Shown here piece by piece: positions 1 through 9,394 of a stretch of DNA of 57,927 nt. The position numbers were made by a program, and so were the translations under genes. The notes beneath the pieces are model-generated. The model saw only the letters and a program-made list of their open reading frames with translations, did no database searches and was not told where the DNA came from. The DNA is from Dehalococcoidia bacterium (GTDB lineage: Bacteria > Chloroflexota > Dehalococcoidia > SZUA-161). Location: positions 1-57,927 of the forward strand of contig JACUUS010000002.1 of the NCBI GenBank assembly GCA_014859215.1, in the 5' to 3' direction. Within the stretch, counting starts at the first letter, position 1, and each line of letters opens with the position of its first letter.

Positions 1-167
1 TTATCCGTTAATGTGCGCCCTCCGCACCAGCTCCAGTGGTGAGAGGGCGCCGTCGCTTAGACAGGTATGACAGTGGAAATCATAGACCATGAGCGCGATA
101 CGAAGGATATCATAACTATAGCTCGCAGGCAAGCTGATCGCTGCGAAAGGAAAGGGGAGATTGGACC

Positions 168-1298
168 TTGGGTAAGATAAATGTGGCCATCATAGGGGTA
201 GGTAACTGCGCCTCGTCGCTGGTGCAGGGAGTAACGTATTACAGAAACGCCGCCGACAATGACTTCGTTCCGGGCCTTATGCATGTGAACCTTGGGGGAT
301 ACCATGTCAGCGATATTAACTTCGTGGCTGCCTTCGATATAGACCGGAACAAAGTCGGGAAGGACCTCTCTGAGGCGATATGGGCGTCTCCGAACAATAC
401 AATCAAGTTCTGTGACGTCCCTTCCACGGGAGTCAAGGTCGAGCGCGGCATGACCCATGATGGGCTGGGCAAATATCTTTCCCAGGTCATTACAAAGGCG
501 CCAGGCAGCACGGCCGACATTATCAAGATACTGAAAGAGACGGACACACATGTCGTGGTCAGCTACCTGCCTGTTGGAAGCGAGGAAGCTACCAAGTGGT
601 ACGTGGAGCAGATTCTGACCGCGCGTTGTGCTTTCATAAACTGCATTCCCGTCTTTATTGCGCGTGAACAGTACTGGCAGAGAAGGTTCACGGAGGCAGG
701 CCTGCCGATGATTGGCGATGACATCAAGTCCCAGGTAGGAGCTACTATTACACATAGAGTCCTCACCAGGCTGTTTAGAGAACGCGGAGTGAAGCTTGAG
801 CGGACGTATCAGCTTAACTTCGGGGGTAACACTGACTTCTACAACATGCTCGAGCGTGAACGGCTTATCTCGAAGAAGATTTCAAAAACGGGAGCCGTGA
901 CGTCGCAGCTGGACTATGATATCGGCGAGGAGAATATTCACATAGGTCCCAGCGATCATATACCCTGGCTGCATGACAGGAAGTGGTGCTATCTCAGAAT
1001 GGAGGGACGCACCTTCGGGGACGTCCCGCTCAACATGGAGCTCAAACTGGAGGTATGGGATAGCCCGAACTCCGCCGGGGTCGTTATCGATGCCATAAGA
1101 TGCTGCAGGCTTGCGCTTGATCGCGGCATGAGCGGCACCCTGGTCGGTCCGTCCGCATATTTCATGAAGTCTCCTCCTGTTCAGTACACGGATGACCAGG
1201 CTCGTAATTTAACAGAGGAATTCATTGCCCAGGAGAGGGATGTGGTGGCTGGTGAACAGAGCGCAGGTGAGAAGCCCCGGAAAAGACCCCGCAAGTAA
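168..1298 (+). CDS. ino1: myo-inositol-1-phosphate synthase
   Basis: TTG start at 168, 8 nt after a GGGGAGA Shine-Dalgarno (SD) sequence. N-terminal NAD fingerprint [14 protein letters not shown]. 376 aa, collinear with bacterial/archaeal MIPS as I recall it. Confidence 0.9.
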   Translation: MGKINVAIIGVGNCASSLVQGVTYYRNAADNDFVPGLMHVNLGGYHVSDINFVAAFDIDRNKVGKDLSEAIWASPNNTIKFCDVPSTGVKVERGMTHDGLGKYLSQVITKAPGSTADIIKILKETDTHVVVSYLPVGSEEATKWYVEQILTARCAFINCIPVFIAREQYWQRRFTEAGLPMIGDDIKSQVGATITHRVLTRLFRERGVKLERTYQLNFGGNTDFYNMLERERLISKKISKTGAVTSQLDYDIGEENIHIGPSDHIPWLHDRKWCYLRMEGRTFGDVPLNMELKLEVWDSPNSAGVVIDAIRCCRLALDRGMSGTLVGPSAYFMKSPPVQYTDDQARNLTEEFIAQERDVVAGEQSAGEKPRKRPRK

Positions 1299-1306
1299 GA
1301 GCAGCC

Positions 1307-2443
1307 ATGAAGATTGCTCTCGTCTCGCCTTATGATTTCGCATACCCTGGCGGGGTCAATAACCACATACTGCATCTGAGAGAGCATTTCATCCGCATGG
1401 GGCACGAAATCAAGATTATCGCCCCTTCTTCCAGGCCTCTGAACAACAGCCAGAATGTCATCGTAATCGGAAAGGCGGTCCCCATACGCGCCAGCGGTTC
1501 GATCGTGCGCGTTCCCGTATCACCCAACCTCCTGTTCTCCCAGAAAATCAGGCAGCTGCTCGCACGGGAGAGGTTCGATGTCGTGCACATCCATGAGCCA
1601 TTTTTGCCCGTTCTTGGCACGGCGGTGCTCCATCACTGTAGCAGCCGGGAGCTTGTCGTGGCTACATTCCATGCTTTTCGCAGTAACAGCTGGGGATACG
1701 TTTTCTGGAAACCTATTATATTGAATCACTGGTTCAGGAAGCTGGAAGGCAAGATAGTAGTTTCCAGAGCTGCAATGGACTTCATCAGCCGATACTTTCC
1801 GGGCGAATACGAGATCATTCCAAACGGCATAGATTTCGCCAGATTCGCAGGGGTAGACGTCCAGCCTATCCCGGAGTTCTGTGACGGCAAGCTCAACGTT
1901 CTGTTCGTGGGAAGGATCGAGAAGAGGAAAGGATTCAAGTATCTGCTCGGAGCTTACCAAAGAGTGAAGCAAGGAATGCCTGACATACGCCTGATTGTCG
2001 TGGGACCGCAGGACAGGTCGCTGCAGAAGTTCAGGCGGATTGCCTCCGAGCAGAATATCAGGGATGTGGTTTTCGCCGGGTACGCTTCTCATGAGGACCT
2101 TCCGCGGTACTACAAGAGCGCTGATGTGTTCTGTTCTCCTGCGACCGGGAAAGAGAGTTTCGGCCTGGTCTTGCTGGAGGCAATGGCAGCGGGCACGCCT
2201 CCTGTAGCATCCAGCATCGCCGGCTATGCCGGGGTAATCAAGCATGGTAAGGACGGAATTCTGGTGAAGCCCAAGGACGAGACGGCCCTCGCGGATGTTC
2301 TTAAGCAGGTGCTTAATGACCGGTCATTGCGTGAGAGGATGGGCGAGGCAGGACGGATTAAGGCCGCGGAATACAGCTGGAATACTGTTGCTGAGCGGGT
2401 GATGGGATATTATCAGCAGTTGCTCAGCTCCCGAAAAAGATAA
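1307..2443 (+). CDS. pimA: GT4 glycosyltransferase, PimA-like (phosphatidylinositol mannosyltransferase candidate)
   Basis: N-terminus MKIALVSPYDFAYPGGVNNHILHL..GHEIKIIAP, FDVVHIHEP, and C-terminal E-x7-E (ESFGLVLLEAMAAG) are collinear with mycobacterial PimA as I recall it. Starts 8 nt after ino1. Confidence 0.7.
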   Translation: MKIALVSPYDFAYPGGVNNHILHLREHFIRMGHEIKIIAPSSRPLNNSQNVIVIGKAVPIRASGSIVRVPVSPNLLFSQKIRQLLARERFDVVHIHEPFLPVLGTAVLHHCSSRELVVATFHAFRSNSWGYVFWKPIILNHWFRKLEGKIVVSRAAMDFISRYFPGEYEIIPNGIDFARFAGVDVQPIPEFCDGKLNVLFVGRIEKRKGFKYLLGAYQRVKQGMPDIRLIVVGPQDRSLQKFRRIASEQNIRDVVFAGYASHEDLPRYYKSADVFCSPATGKESFGLVLLEAMAAGTPPVASSIAGYAGVIKHGKDGILVKPKDETALADVLKQVLNDRSLRERMGEAGRIKAAEYSWNTVAERVMGYYQQLLSSRKR

Positions 2444-2445
2444 CC

Positions 2446-3066
2446 ATGGAGAGAGTGATCATACAGAAGCTGAGGCGCTCATTAGGTGACGGGCTGGTCA
2501 AGGTGCCGGCACGGGTGCTGGGCAAGGCGGGAATAAGCCCTGATATGCTGACTGCCGCTGGCCTTGTCCTTGCTGTAGGTGTGGCCTGGGTCTTGTCCGA
2601 AGGGCGCTTCTTTCTGGGCGGATTCCTGGTGCTCCTTTCGGGCGCATTCGATCTTCTTGACGGAGCCGTAGCCCGGGCGACCGGCAGGAGCAGCCGGGCA
2701 GGAGCTTTGCTTGATTCGATATTCGATCGGTTTGGGGAAGCCGCCGTTTTTATGGGCCTGCTCGCTTTCTATGGCAACCAGGGGGCGTTCCACGAGTTGA
2801 TGCTTGTCGGGGCGGTCCTGATCGGGTCGATGATGACAAGCTACGTGAAGGCTCGGGCGGAGGGTCTTGGTCTTAAATGCGATGTTGGATTATTCACCCG
2901 CCCCGAGAGGGTAATCCTTCTGGCCATAGGACTCATCATCAACCAGATGTTGATCGTATTATGGATCATGGCGGTCCTCACCAATTTTGTTGCCTGGCAG
3001 CGCCTGTGGCATGTCTATCGTAGAACCGGCCATGATGGCGGCGGCAACGCCGCTCCCGGCGGCTAG
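2446..3066 (+). CDS. CDP-alcohol phosphatidyltransferase (phosphatidylinositol-phosphate synthase-like)
   Basis: Motif DLLDGAVARATGRSSRAGALLDSIFDRFGE matches D-x2-DG-x2-AR-x8-G-x3-D-x3-D. Polytopic membrane protein of 206 aa. Starts 2 nt after the GT4 stop. Confidence 0.85.
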   Translation: MERVIIQKLRRSLGDGLVKVPARVLGKAGISPDMLTAAGLVLAVGVAWVLSEGRFFLGGFLVLLSGAFDLLDGAVARATGRSSRAGALLDSIFDRFGEAAVFMGLLAFYGNQGAFHELMLVGAVLIGSMMTSYVKARAEGLGLKCDVGLFTRPERVILLAIGLIINQMLIVLWIMAVLTNFVAWQRLWHVYRRTGHDGGGNAAPGG

Positions 3067-4637
3067 TGGGGCAGCACGTATACGTGCTTCAAGCGCGGTA
3101 TCCAGAAGGGCGTCAACGGCAGGTTCTGGACGTGAGCCTTGACCAGTCTGTAGGTCTTCCCAAAGTAAACCGGCAGGCATGCTGCATCCTCAACCAGCAT
3201 TCTTTCGATCTCCCTGTAAAGGCCCATGCGCGCTTCGACATTCTGCTCAACCCGGGCATGCTGGAGTAAGAGGTCGATTTCAGGATTGGAATACTCACCC
3301 ATATTATCCGCAGTCCCGCTGTGGAACAATATGTCGAGGAAATTCTGAGGATCGGGATAGTCCGCGATCCAGCCGAATATGAACAGCTCGTCCTTTTCGC
3401 CCATCAACAGGTCGGGGTATTTGTCTGGTTCAAGCTGCCTTATTTCTATTTCAACTCCAAGATTCTGTCGCCACATATCTGCCAGCGCGGACTCGACACT
3501 CGAAGGGATGCCGTGACCGGAAGACGTAAGTGTAACCTGGGGCAGGCTGGAGGCGTCCCCATAACGGGAACGAGCAAGGCAGTCCCTTGCCAGCTCAGGG
3601 TCAAAGGCAAGGCCGGACATACTTTCGTTGTAGCCTGGTATTCCTGGTGGAAGTATTCCTGCCGCCGCGACCACGGTGTTCTTGAGAACAAGACTGACCA
3701 ACTTATCCTTATCTATGGCATGCGAAAAGGCAAGGCGGACATTGAGGTCATCAAAGGGAGGCGCTGCCGAATTAAACCCTATAATGAAGAGACTGAATTC
3801 GGGCACGACGCGCAGGTCTTTGTTGAAGACGCTTCGGGGGTCCAGCACTCTCTCGATATCTCCCATGAAGACTTCGGTGATGTCAATCTCGCCGTTCTCG
3901 TACATGCGCATCGGAATGCCCCCGTAAAGTTTGTATACTACGCTTTCGAGCCGGGGGGGCTCGAGGTGATAATACTCATTCTTCCTGAGAACGATGGTGT
4001 CCGATTTCCACTCCTCCAGGCGGAATGGCCCGGTGCCGACGGGCTGACGCCACCACTGATTCCCGGATTCGACATTGTATCTGTCCACGACGTAGGCGGC
4101 AGGATATGCAAGCTTCGAAAGGAAATACGCCTTCGGAGCGTCAATGGTGATGCGCAGCGTCACGTCGTCGAGAACAGAAATTCCGCTGACTTCATCGGCT
4201 ACTCCGGACAGGCGCTCGCTCACGCCTACAATGTCGCCGAGGTAAGTCATGGCGGTCTGTGAGCCGGTCGCCGGGTCGCAGGTACGCTCGAGGGAGTACT
4301 TGACGTCGTGCGCAGTCAATTCGCGTCCGTTGCTGAACTTTGCACCTTCCCTGAGCCTGAAAGTGTAGACTGTGCCATCATTGCTAACGGTCCAGCCCTT
4401 GGCCAGGTCAGGTACGAGCTTGAGATCAGGGTCGAAACTGACCAGGCCGCTGAAGATTTCCACGACATAGGCCAGGGGCACCTCGGAGCGGGCCAGTGCC
4501 GGGTCGAGCGTGGAGGGTGCGAGGCCATAGAGGTTGAGTGTGCCGTCGGAGCTTGCGGATGATCCGCACGAAGACGGAACGAGGAGTGCAAGGAACGTAC
4601 ACAGGATGATTGCGATCAGGAATAGCTTGCCCTTCAA
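3063..4637 (-). CDS. ABC transporter solute-binding protein, family 5 (peptide/nickel type)
   Basis: Family-5 SBP-like sequence (AKGWTVSNDGTVYTFRLREGAKFSNGRELTAHDVKYSLER). I place the start at TTG 4637, 6 nt after an AGGAG RBS, which gives the signal peptide LKGKLFLIAIILCTFLALLVPSSC. The track ATG at 4778 lies inside the upstream gene. Confidence 0.85.
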   Translation of the reverse strand: MKGKLFLIAIILCTFLALLVPSSCGSSASSDGTLNLYGLAPSTLDPALARSEVPLAYVVEIFSGLVSFDPDLKLVPDLAKGWTVSNDGTVYTFRLREGAKFSNGRELTAHDVKYSLERTCDPATGSQTAMTYLGDIVGVSERLSGVADEVSGISVLDDVTLRITIDAPKAYFLSKLAYPAAYVVDRYNVESGNQWWRQPVGTGPFRLEEWKSDTIVLRKNEYYHLEPPRLESVVYKLYGGIPMRMYENGEIDITEVFMGDIERVLDPRSVFNKDLRVVPEFSLFIIGFNSAAPPFDDLNVRLAFSHAIDKDKLVSLVLKNTVVAAAGILPPGIPGYNESMSGLAFDPELARDCLARSRYGDASSLPQVTLTSSGHGIPSSVESALADMWRQNLGVEIEIRQLEPDKYPDLLMGEKDELFIFGWIADYPDPQNFLDILFHSGTADNMGEYSNPEIDLLLQHARVEQNVEARMGLYREIERMLVEDAACLPVYFGKTYRLVKAHVQNLPLTPFWIPRLKHVYVLPH

Positions 4638-5842
4638 ATATGGCTCCTCTGCCTTCTGAAGTAGATCACTGCGCCTGTCAGTATCAAGCCAAGTGCGATG
4701 AGTCCCCAGGTGAAAACCGGGCTGGCCGATGATGACGATGAGGGGTCGGCCGCGTCCGCCCCGATGCTGGACCTCCATTCCTTCTCGAGGCCGGCAATAT
4801 CAAAACCGTAAGTGGAGAGTAGGGCTTCGTCGTAGGTGGCCCCGGACTGGAATGTGCCGAGGAGCTCTGACATTTTCTCGCGGCCGTATTCTTCGAGAAG
4901 GAAACTGACCAGGCTATAGCTCTGGGCGTAGGCCAGCAGTGCCTCCCTGGTTCCGGCAGGGAAATTACCGGCAAGACTCTGTACTGAGAAGAGCTTATCG
5001 CGGGAGATAGAATCGTCGAGCACTGCCGTGAATGATGGGTCTAGATTGCCTTCGGCGTACATGGATATCCCTTCGTTGAGCCAGGAAGGTATATCTCCGT
5101 AAGGATTAGACGTCATCTGGTAGGTTATCAGGTGAGCAAGCTCATGCGCGATGGCGCGAGTCCCCCATGAGAGGTTGTTAGGCTTGATGCCAATAGATAT
5201 TGTGCCGAAGTCGGAGAATGCAATGCCGCCCACCCAGTCTTGTGGAAAAATCAGGGAGCCCTGAAAGTCTTCTACCCCGGCATATACGTAGATGGTCACC
5301 GGCTCTTCCAGATATGCTCCCATTTCTGTTGAAATCTTCCCCTCTGCACTTAGGGCCGCATCGAGCAGATCCTGACCGAATTTGCTGTCGCCGTCGTACC
5401 AGAGAACAGTTATCATTCCTTCACTGAGCGTCTTCCAGTCATAGCGATCGTCAGCAAAGGTGACCACGTTCCAGCCTGTTTCCACTGTTTCTCCCGAAGC
5501 ATTCCGCACTTTCCAGTTGTAGTGAATTTCCGATCCAGGCGGGATGTTGCCCAGCATTCTTCCCATGTCCCATACCCATTGTGTCTTGACGATGGGGCCG
5601 GCCAGGAAGTCCGGCTGGATTACGGAAGTAACGGGAATGGCCGATATCTTCTCAACCCTGTACTGGAGGAATACATCTGTTATCTTGCTGCCACTGGAGG
5701 CAGTTATGCTGAAAGTGATATTCTGGGGGAAACTGGGTTGCGCGGTGGAAACTACTTCGATACTGTCTTGTGCAGCCGCCGGGGGACAGACAGACAGCAG
5801 GAGGAGCAAAGCTATTGCCAGAATAGGAACTAGACGGCTCAT
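4634..5842 (-). CDS. MA-clan zinc metallopeptidase-like protein with signal peptide and C-terminal TM anchor
   Basis: HELAHL followed by NEG (HExxH...E). Start trimmed to ATG 5842 (GGAG RBS; signal peptide MSRLVPILAIALLLLLSVCPPAAAQ). C-terminal TM segment VFTWGLIALGLILTGAVIYF. Confidence 0.7.
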   Translation of the reverse strand: MSRLVPILAIALLLLLSVCPPAAAQDSIEVVSTAQPSFPQNITFSITASSGSKITDVFLQYRVEKISAIPVTSVIQPDFLAGPIVKTQWVWDMGRMLGNIPPGSEIHYNWKVRNASGETVETGWNVVTFADDRYDWKTLSEGMITVLWYDGDSKFGQDLLDAALSAEGKISTEMGAYLEEPVTIYVYAGVEDFQGSLIFPQDWVGGIAFSDFGTISIGIKPNNLSWGTRAIAHELAHLITYQMTSNPYGDIPSWLNEGISMYAEGNLDPSFTAVLDDSISRDKLFSVQSLAGNFPAGTREALLAYAQSYSLVSFLLEEYGREKMSELLGTFQSGATYDEALLSTYGFDIAGLEKEWRSSIGADAADPSSSSSASPVFTWGLIALGLILTGAVIYFRRQRSHI

Positions 5843-6017
5843 CTGAACTCCTGCAAAAACGCACATTCGCGCCTGCGCGGACTGGCAAACTTGATACCAT
5901 AGTAGCGAATAGCGAGCCAGGGCGGCATAAGTGGATGTACGCAATTTCCAGACCCGGGCATACCTAAATCTCCCTTCTCGCCTCGATCCTGAAAGTTTGT
6001 CTGGCACGGTCTCGCCA

Positions 6018-7116
6018 TCAGCCTTGAATTGTGTGACTGAGGTAAGCTTTCAACAAATCGTCTATATCGCCTTCGAGTACGGCTGAGGTATCGCTTGTCT
6101 CGTACCCGGTCCGGTGGTCTTTGACCAGCTTATATGGTTGGAGGACATAGCTCCTGATCTGGTTCCCCCAGTCAGCTGTGACGTGCTCTCCCTTGAGTCT
6201 TGCCTGTTCTTCGGCGTTCTTCTCCAGCTGGAGCTCAAGAAGGCGGGAACGAAGGACCATCATCGCAGTCTCCTTATTGCGGTGCTGTGAACGTTCGCTC
6301 TGACAGGTAACCACAGTCCCGGTTGGAATATGAGTGAGTCTCACCGCGCTGCTGGTTTTCTGCATATGTTGGCCGCCGGGTCCGCTGGAGCGAAAGACGT
6401 CAACCTTTATGTCCGCCGGGTCGATGCCCACTTCGACATCGCTCTCAACAACCGGCATGACTTCCACAAGCGCAAAGGAGGTATGCCTGCTGTGAGAAGC
6501 ATCAAAGGGGGATATGCGGACCAGTCTATGAACACCTCGCTCTCCCTTCAGGTATCCATAGCTATAGTCGCCCCTGATTTCCACAAGAGCGCTCTTGATT
6601 CCGGCTTCCTCTCCCGGGGAGACTTCGATGACCTCGGCGTCGTACTTGCGCTTTTCAGCCCACCTGAGGTACATCCGCAAGAGGATCTGGGCCCAGTCTT
6701 GTGACTCCGTGCCTCCCGCGCCGGCGTGCACGGCAAGCAGGGCATGGTTCCCATCGTATTCACCACTGAGTTGAAGCTGAATCTCCTGGTCATTCAGCTC
6801 AGCTTCAAGGATATCGAGCTCGCGGGTGATATCATCTTGAAGGGAAGAGTCTTCAGCCTCAAGAGACATGTCGACCAACGCGGCGAGATCGGCTGACCTG
6901 CGTTCCAGATCGCGCCAGGTGCCAACCGTGTTCTTGAGTGCGGAGATATGGCGCATCTTCTGCTGCGCGAGCTGCGGATCTCTCCAAAAATCGGGCTGAG
7001 CAGTCTCTTCTTCCAGCTCAGCTATGTTCTCTTCTTTTCGAGCAATGTCAAAGATGCACCAGGATCGTAGAAATACGGTCGGCGACTGAATCGAGTCTGT
7101 GCTTCTGGTCCTCCAT
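6018..7116 (-). CDS. prfB: peptide chain release factor 2 (two frames joined by a programmed +1 frameshift)
   Basis: Frame 0 runs 7116..7051 (MEDQKHRLDSVADRISTILVHL) and ends at CTT TGA C. The +1 frame continues DIARKEENIAELEEE... into the 312-aa track ORF, which carries SPF and GGQ (SSGPGGQHMQK). Total 365 aa. Confidence 0.93.
7047..7053 (-). other. RF2 autoregulatory +1 frameshift site CTT TGA C
   Basis: The minus strand reads CTGGTGCAT CTT TGA C. The slippery CUU plus in-frame UGA-C has a GGTG SD-like element 3 nt upstream. Confidence 0.9.
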
Positions 7117-7134
7117 ATGTCCTTTCTCCTGCAT

Positions 7135-7845
7135 CTATACGTTAATCTTGCCAGGGTTAGGGCCGGGTTGCGAAAGGTTGTTGGCGCGTGAAGCGGCCAT
7201 GTGTGCGAGCCTGACTGGTTCGGGCAGCCTTGCCCTGGTGCAGCAATTCAAAGTCCATTGTATAGCTGATACGAGGTCTATTCTATGCCCGACGGAAACG
7301 TAGACTGGTCTCACATTATGCCTTGTACGAAGTACCGCGCCGACAATTTCGCCCCTGAAAATGAGTTCACGGTAGGATCCCTTTTCAGGCGGCACCTCGG
7401 CGTGCTCGCCGCACAGTCGGGACTTGGCGCATCCTATTGTGGGCTTGCCCCATATAAGGCCGAGATGCGAGGCAAGTCCCAGTTTGCGAGGATGGGCGAT
7501 GCCCTGCCCGTCAACCACTACGAGGTCCGGTTCATGCCGCAGCCTGCTCCAGGCGGCAAGGATGGGGGGACACTCTCTGAAGGAAAGGAGCCCTGGAATG
7601 TATGGGAATGCGGTCTTCTCGGATGCTACGATCGTCTCTATCACGTCCATGTTCGGATACCGAATAATTACGATTGCGGCCCTGACAAGCCCATCCGGGC
7701 CTTCAGCGGAGATATCGGCCCCTGCAATCGTTCTCACATCGCCTATGTGAGCATGGGTGTCGACTTTTGCCGCGAGTCGGGTCTGTATCTTGATAGCCTC
7801 CGCTGGTGTTACGGACCAGTCATGGAGGCGGTTGACTAAGGTCAT
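7135..7845 (-). CDS. nfi: endonuclease V
   Basis: FPYIPGLLSFRE and VDGQGIAHPRKLGLASHLG motifs. 236 aa. Confidence 0.9.
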   Translation of the reverse strand: MTLVNRLHDWSVTPAEAIKIQTRLAAKVDTHAHIGDVRTIAGADISAEGPDGLVRAAIVIIRYPNMDVIETIVASEKTAFPYIPGLLSFRECPPILAAWSRLRHEPDLVVVDGQGIAHPRKLGLASHLGLIWGKPTIGCAKSRLCGEHAEVPPEKGSYRELIFRGEIVGAVLRTRHNVRPVYVSVGHRIDLVSAIQWTLNCCTRARLPEPVRLAHMAASRANNLSQPGPNPGKINV

Positions 7846-7920
7846 AACAGGCTTCCCTTGAGATAGACGGCGGGATTACGGAGGTGAAGGCGCTTCCGTC
7901 CAGACATTGGGGGACTACTG

Positions 7921-8418
7921 TCAACCGAAGAATTGCCGTACAGAGTTGAACTGTTCGGGAAGAAGATACAATACAATAGGAAACTTGTCAATAAAGAAGG
8001 CTGCGAGGACTGAACCGCTGACTGCGTTACCAACAGTATCGGGCAGGAATTTCATGAGGAGAGTCAGGACTGCGCCGGCAGAAATGGCGCCTACGACTCC
8101 TCCGAATAAGAGCCCGCCTGTTCTGTCGATCCAGCCCAGGAACACGAGGTCAAGGAAACGGCGCATGAGGGCGGCGATGGACACAGCTGCGAGCACTGCA
8201 AGGGCTAGTATGATGACGTAGCCCAATATGTTGGCGTGGGTTGAATTCTGAATCCAGTTCGACAGGAGGTTCGCCATGGACCCGTAAAGACGGCCGGCCA
8301 GAATTACGCCAACAAGGATTCCCGCCAGGGGGGCGACAGAGCCGAGAAATCCCCTCCTGAAACCGAAGAAGATCGGTATGAATAGTACGATTATAATAGC
8401 TATATCAACCCAACTCAT
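7921..8418 (-). CDS. CvpA-family membrane protein
   Basis: MSWVDIAIIIVLFIPIFFGFRRGF N-terminus. Four TM segments. C-terminus shared with the neighbour (FNSVRQFFG). Confidence 0.75.
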   Translation of the reverse strand: MSWVDIAIIIVLFIPIFFGFRRGFLGSVAPLAGILVGVILAGRLYGSMANLLSNWIQNSTHANILGYVIILALAVLAAVSIAALMRRFLDLVFLGWIDRTGGLLFGGVVGAISAGAVLTLLMKFLPDTVGNAVSGSVLAAFFIDKFPIVLYLLPEQFNSVRQFFG

Positions 8419-8501
8419 GTCTGGCCTTATTTTACCACAGGGAGCTTCTCTGGCAATAGTACAATAGGTAACGATTGAATACCGGCGAGACGTTACAAAA
8501 G

Positions 8502-9233
8502 TTACTTGAAGAACTGGCGCACTGTGTCGAAGTCAGCGGGCAGCAGGCGCAGTACGAATGGGAAATAGTCAAGGAACAGGGCTGCAAAGGCAGATTTCGC
8601 TATGCTGGACTGCATGCCAAACAAGTCGTACTTAGCGACGAGCGAAAGCACCGCCCCGGAGATGACCGCGCCCGCGGCCAGGCCCAGCACACAACCGCCG
8701 ACACGGTCCGGCCATCCTTCCATGGTTATATGCGGGGCCCTCCCCGAGAAGGAGGAAACAACGAGGAAAACTTGTGTGGAAGCTATGATGACGAAGACAA
8801 AGATTACCAAAAAGGCTATGATTCTTGCCTGGTCCTCGCTCTCAAGCCAGGTCAGGAGCCAGTCCGCCGCATTGCCGTGGAAGAGGCCTGCCATGGCCAG
8901 GCCAAGGACGATTCCCCCAACCGGCAGGGCGGTACGGGTCAGGCCGCCCCAGCCAAACACGAGGAGTCTTGTGAGCTTTGCGGCCGATTTCAGGAGAAGC
9001 ACACCGCCTGTAATGAACAAAATGAAGACAAGGACGAAAGCCGCTATCCTCGCCGGGCCGTTGCTGAGCCAGCTTGTGAACCAGGTAGAGACATAGTGAT
9101 AGGACAGGCCGCTAACGGCTATTCCAGCGACTACTGCGGCCAATAAGAAGAAGGTACTTGCGAGACCTCTTTTGAAACCGGCATATACCGGTATAGCGAG
9201 GACAACCAGGATTATCGCGTCAAGCCAGTTCAC
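8502..9233 (-). CDS. CvpA-family membrane protein (longer paralog)
   Basis: GTG start. MNWLDAIILVVLAIPVYAGFKRGL. C-terminus FDTVRQFFK parallels the neighbour. Confidence 0.75.
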   Translation of the reverse strand: MNWLDAIILVVLAIPVYAGFKRGLASTFFLLAAVVAGIAVSGLSYHYVSTWFTSWLSNGPARIAAFVLVFILFITGGVLLLKSAAKLTRLLVFGWGGLTRTALPVGGIVLGLAMAGLFHGNAADWLLTWLESEDQARIIAFLVIFVFVIIASTQVFLVVSSFSGRAPHITMEGWPDRVGGCVLGLAAGAVISGAVLSLVAKYDLFGMQSSIAKSAFAALFLDYFPFVLRLLPADFDTVRQFFK

Positions 9234-9261
9234 AAGCTATGTCACGCCTGAGATTTGCGCT

Positions 9262-9290
9262 ATCTTAACATATCCCCGCAAGGTTGCCAA
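9262..9290 (-). promoter_or_regulatory. sigma70-like promoter TTGGCA-N17-TAAGAT for the CvpA genes
   Basis: Read directly on the minus strand, 28 nt upstream of GTG 9233. Confidence 0.4.
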
Positions 9291-9302
9291 ATCCTCGCTT
9301 GC

Positions 9303-9331
9303 TTGACACTCCAGAAGGGGTATGCTAAATT
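9303..9331 (+). promoter_or_regulatory. sigma70-like promoter TTGACA-N17-TAAATT for etfBA
   Basis: Perfect -35 box and a 17-nt spacer. Lies about 63 nt upstream of GTG 9395. Confidence 0.4.
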
Positions 9332-9394
9332 TGTACTCGTTCGTAGGCTTGCTCCAGCCTCGAGCATATATTTTTTTGCCTGAAGGAGGTAAGT

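Noticed and set aside
15-50. Imperfect hairpin GCGCCCTC..CACC...GGTG..GAGGGCGC at the left edge of the window, as a possible terminator or riboswitch stem upstream of ino1.
   Set aside because: There is no U-tract on either side. The upstream context is cut off by the window edge. I cannot tell whether it lies inside the 3-prime end of an unseen gene.
168-3066. The ino1 cluster as a di-myo-inositol-phosphate (compatible solute) pathway.
   Set aside because: There is no CTP:inositol-1-phosphate cytidylyltransferase domain, fused or adjacent. The adjacent GT4 looks like PimA. A membrane inositol-lipid role fits better.
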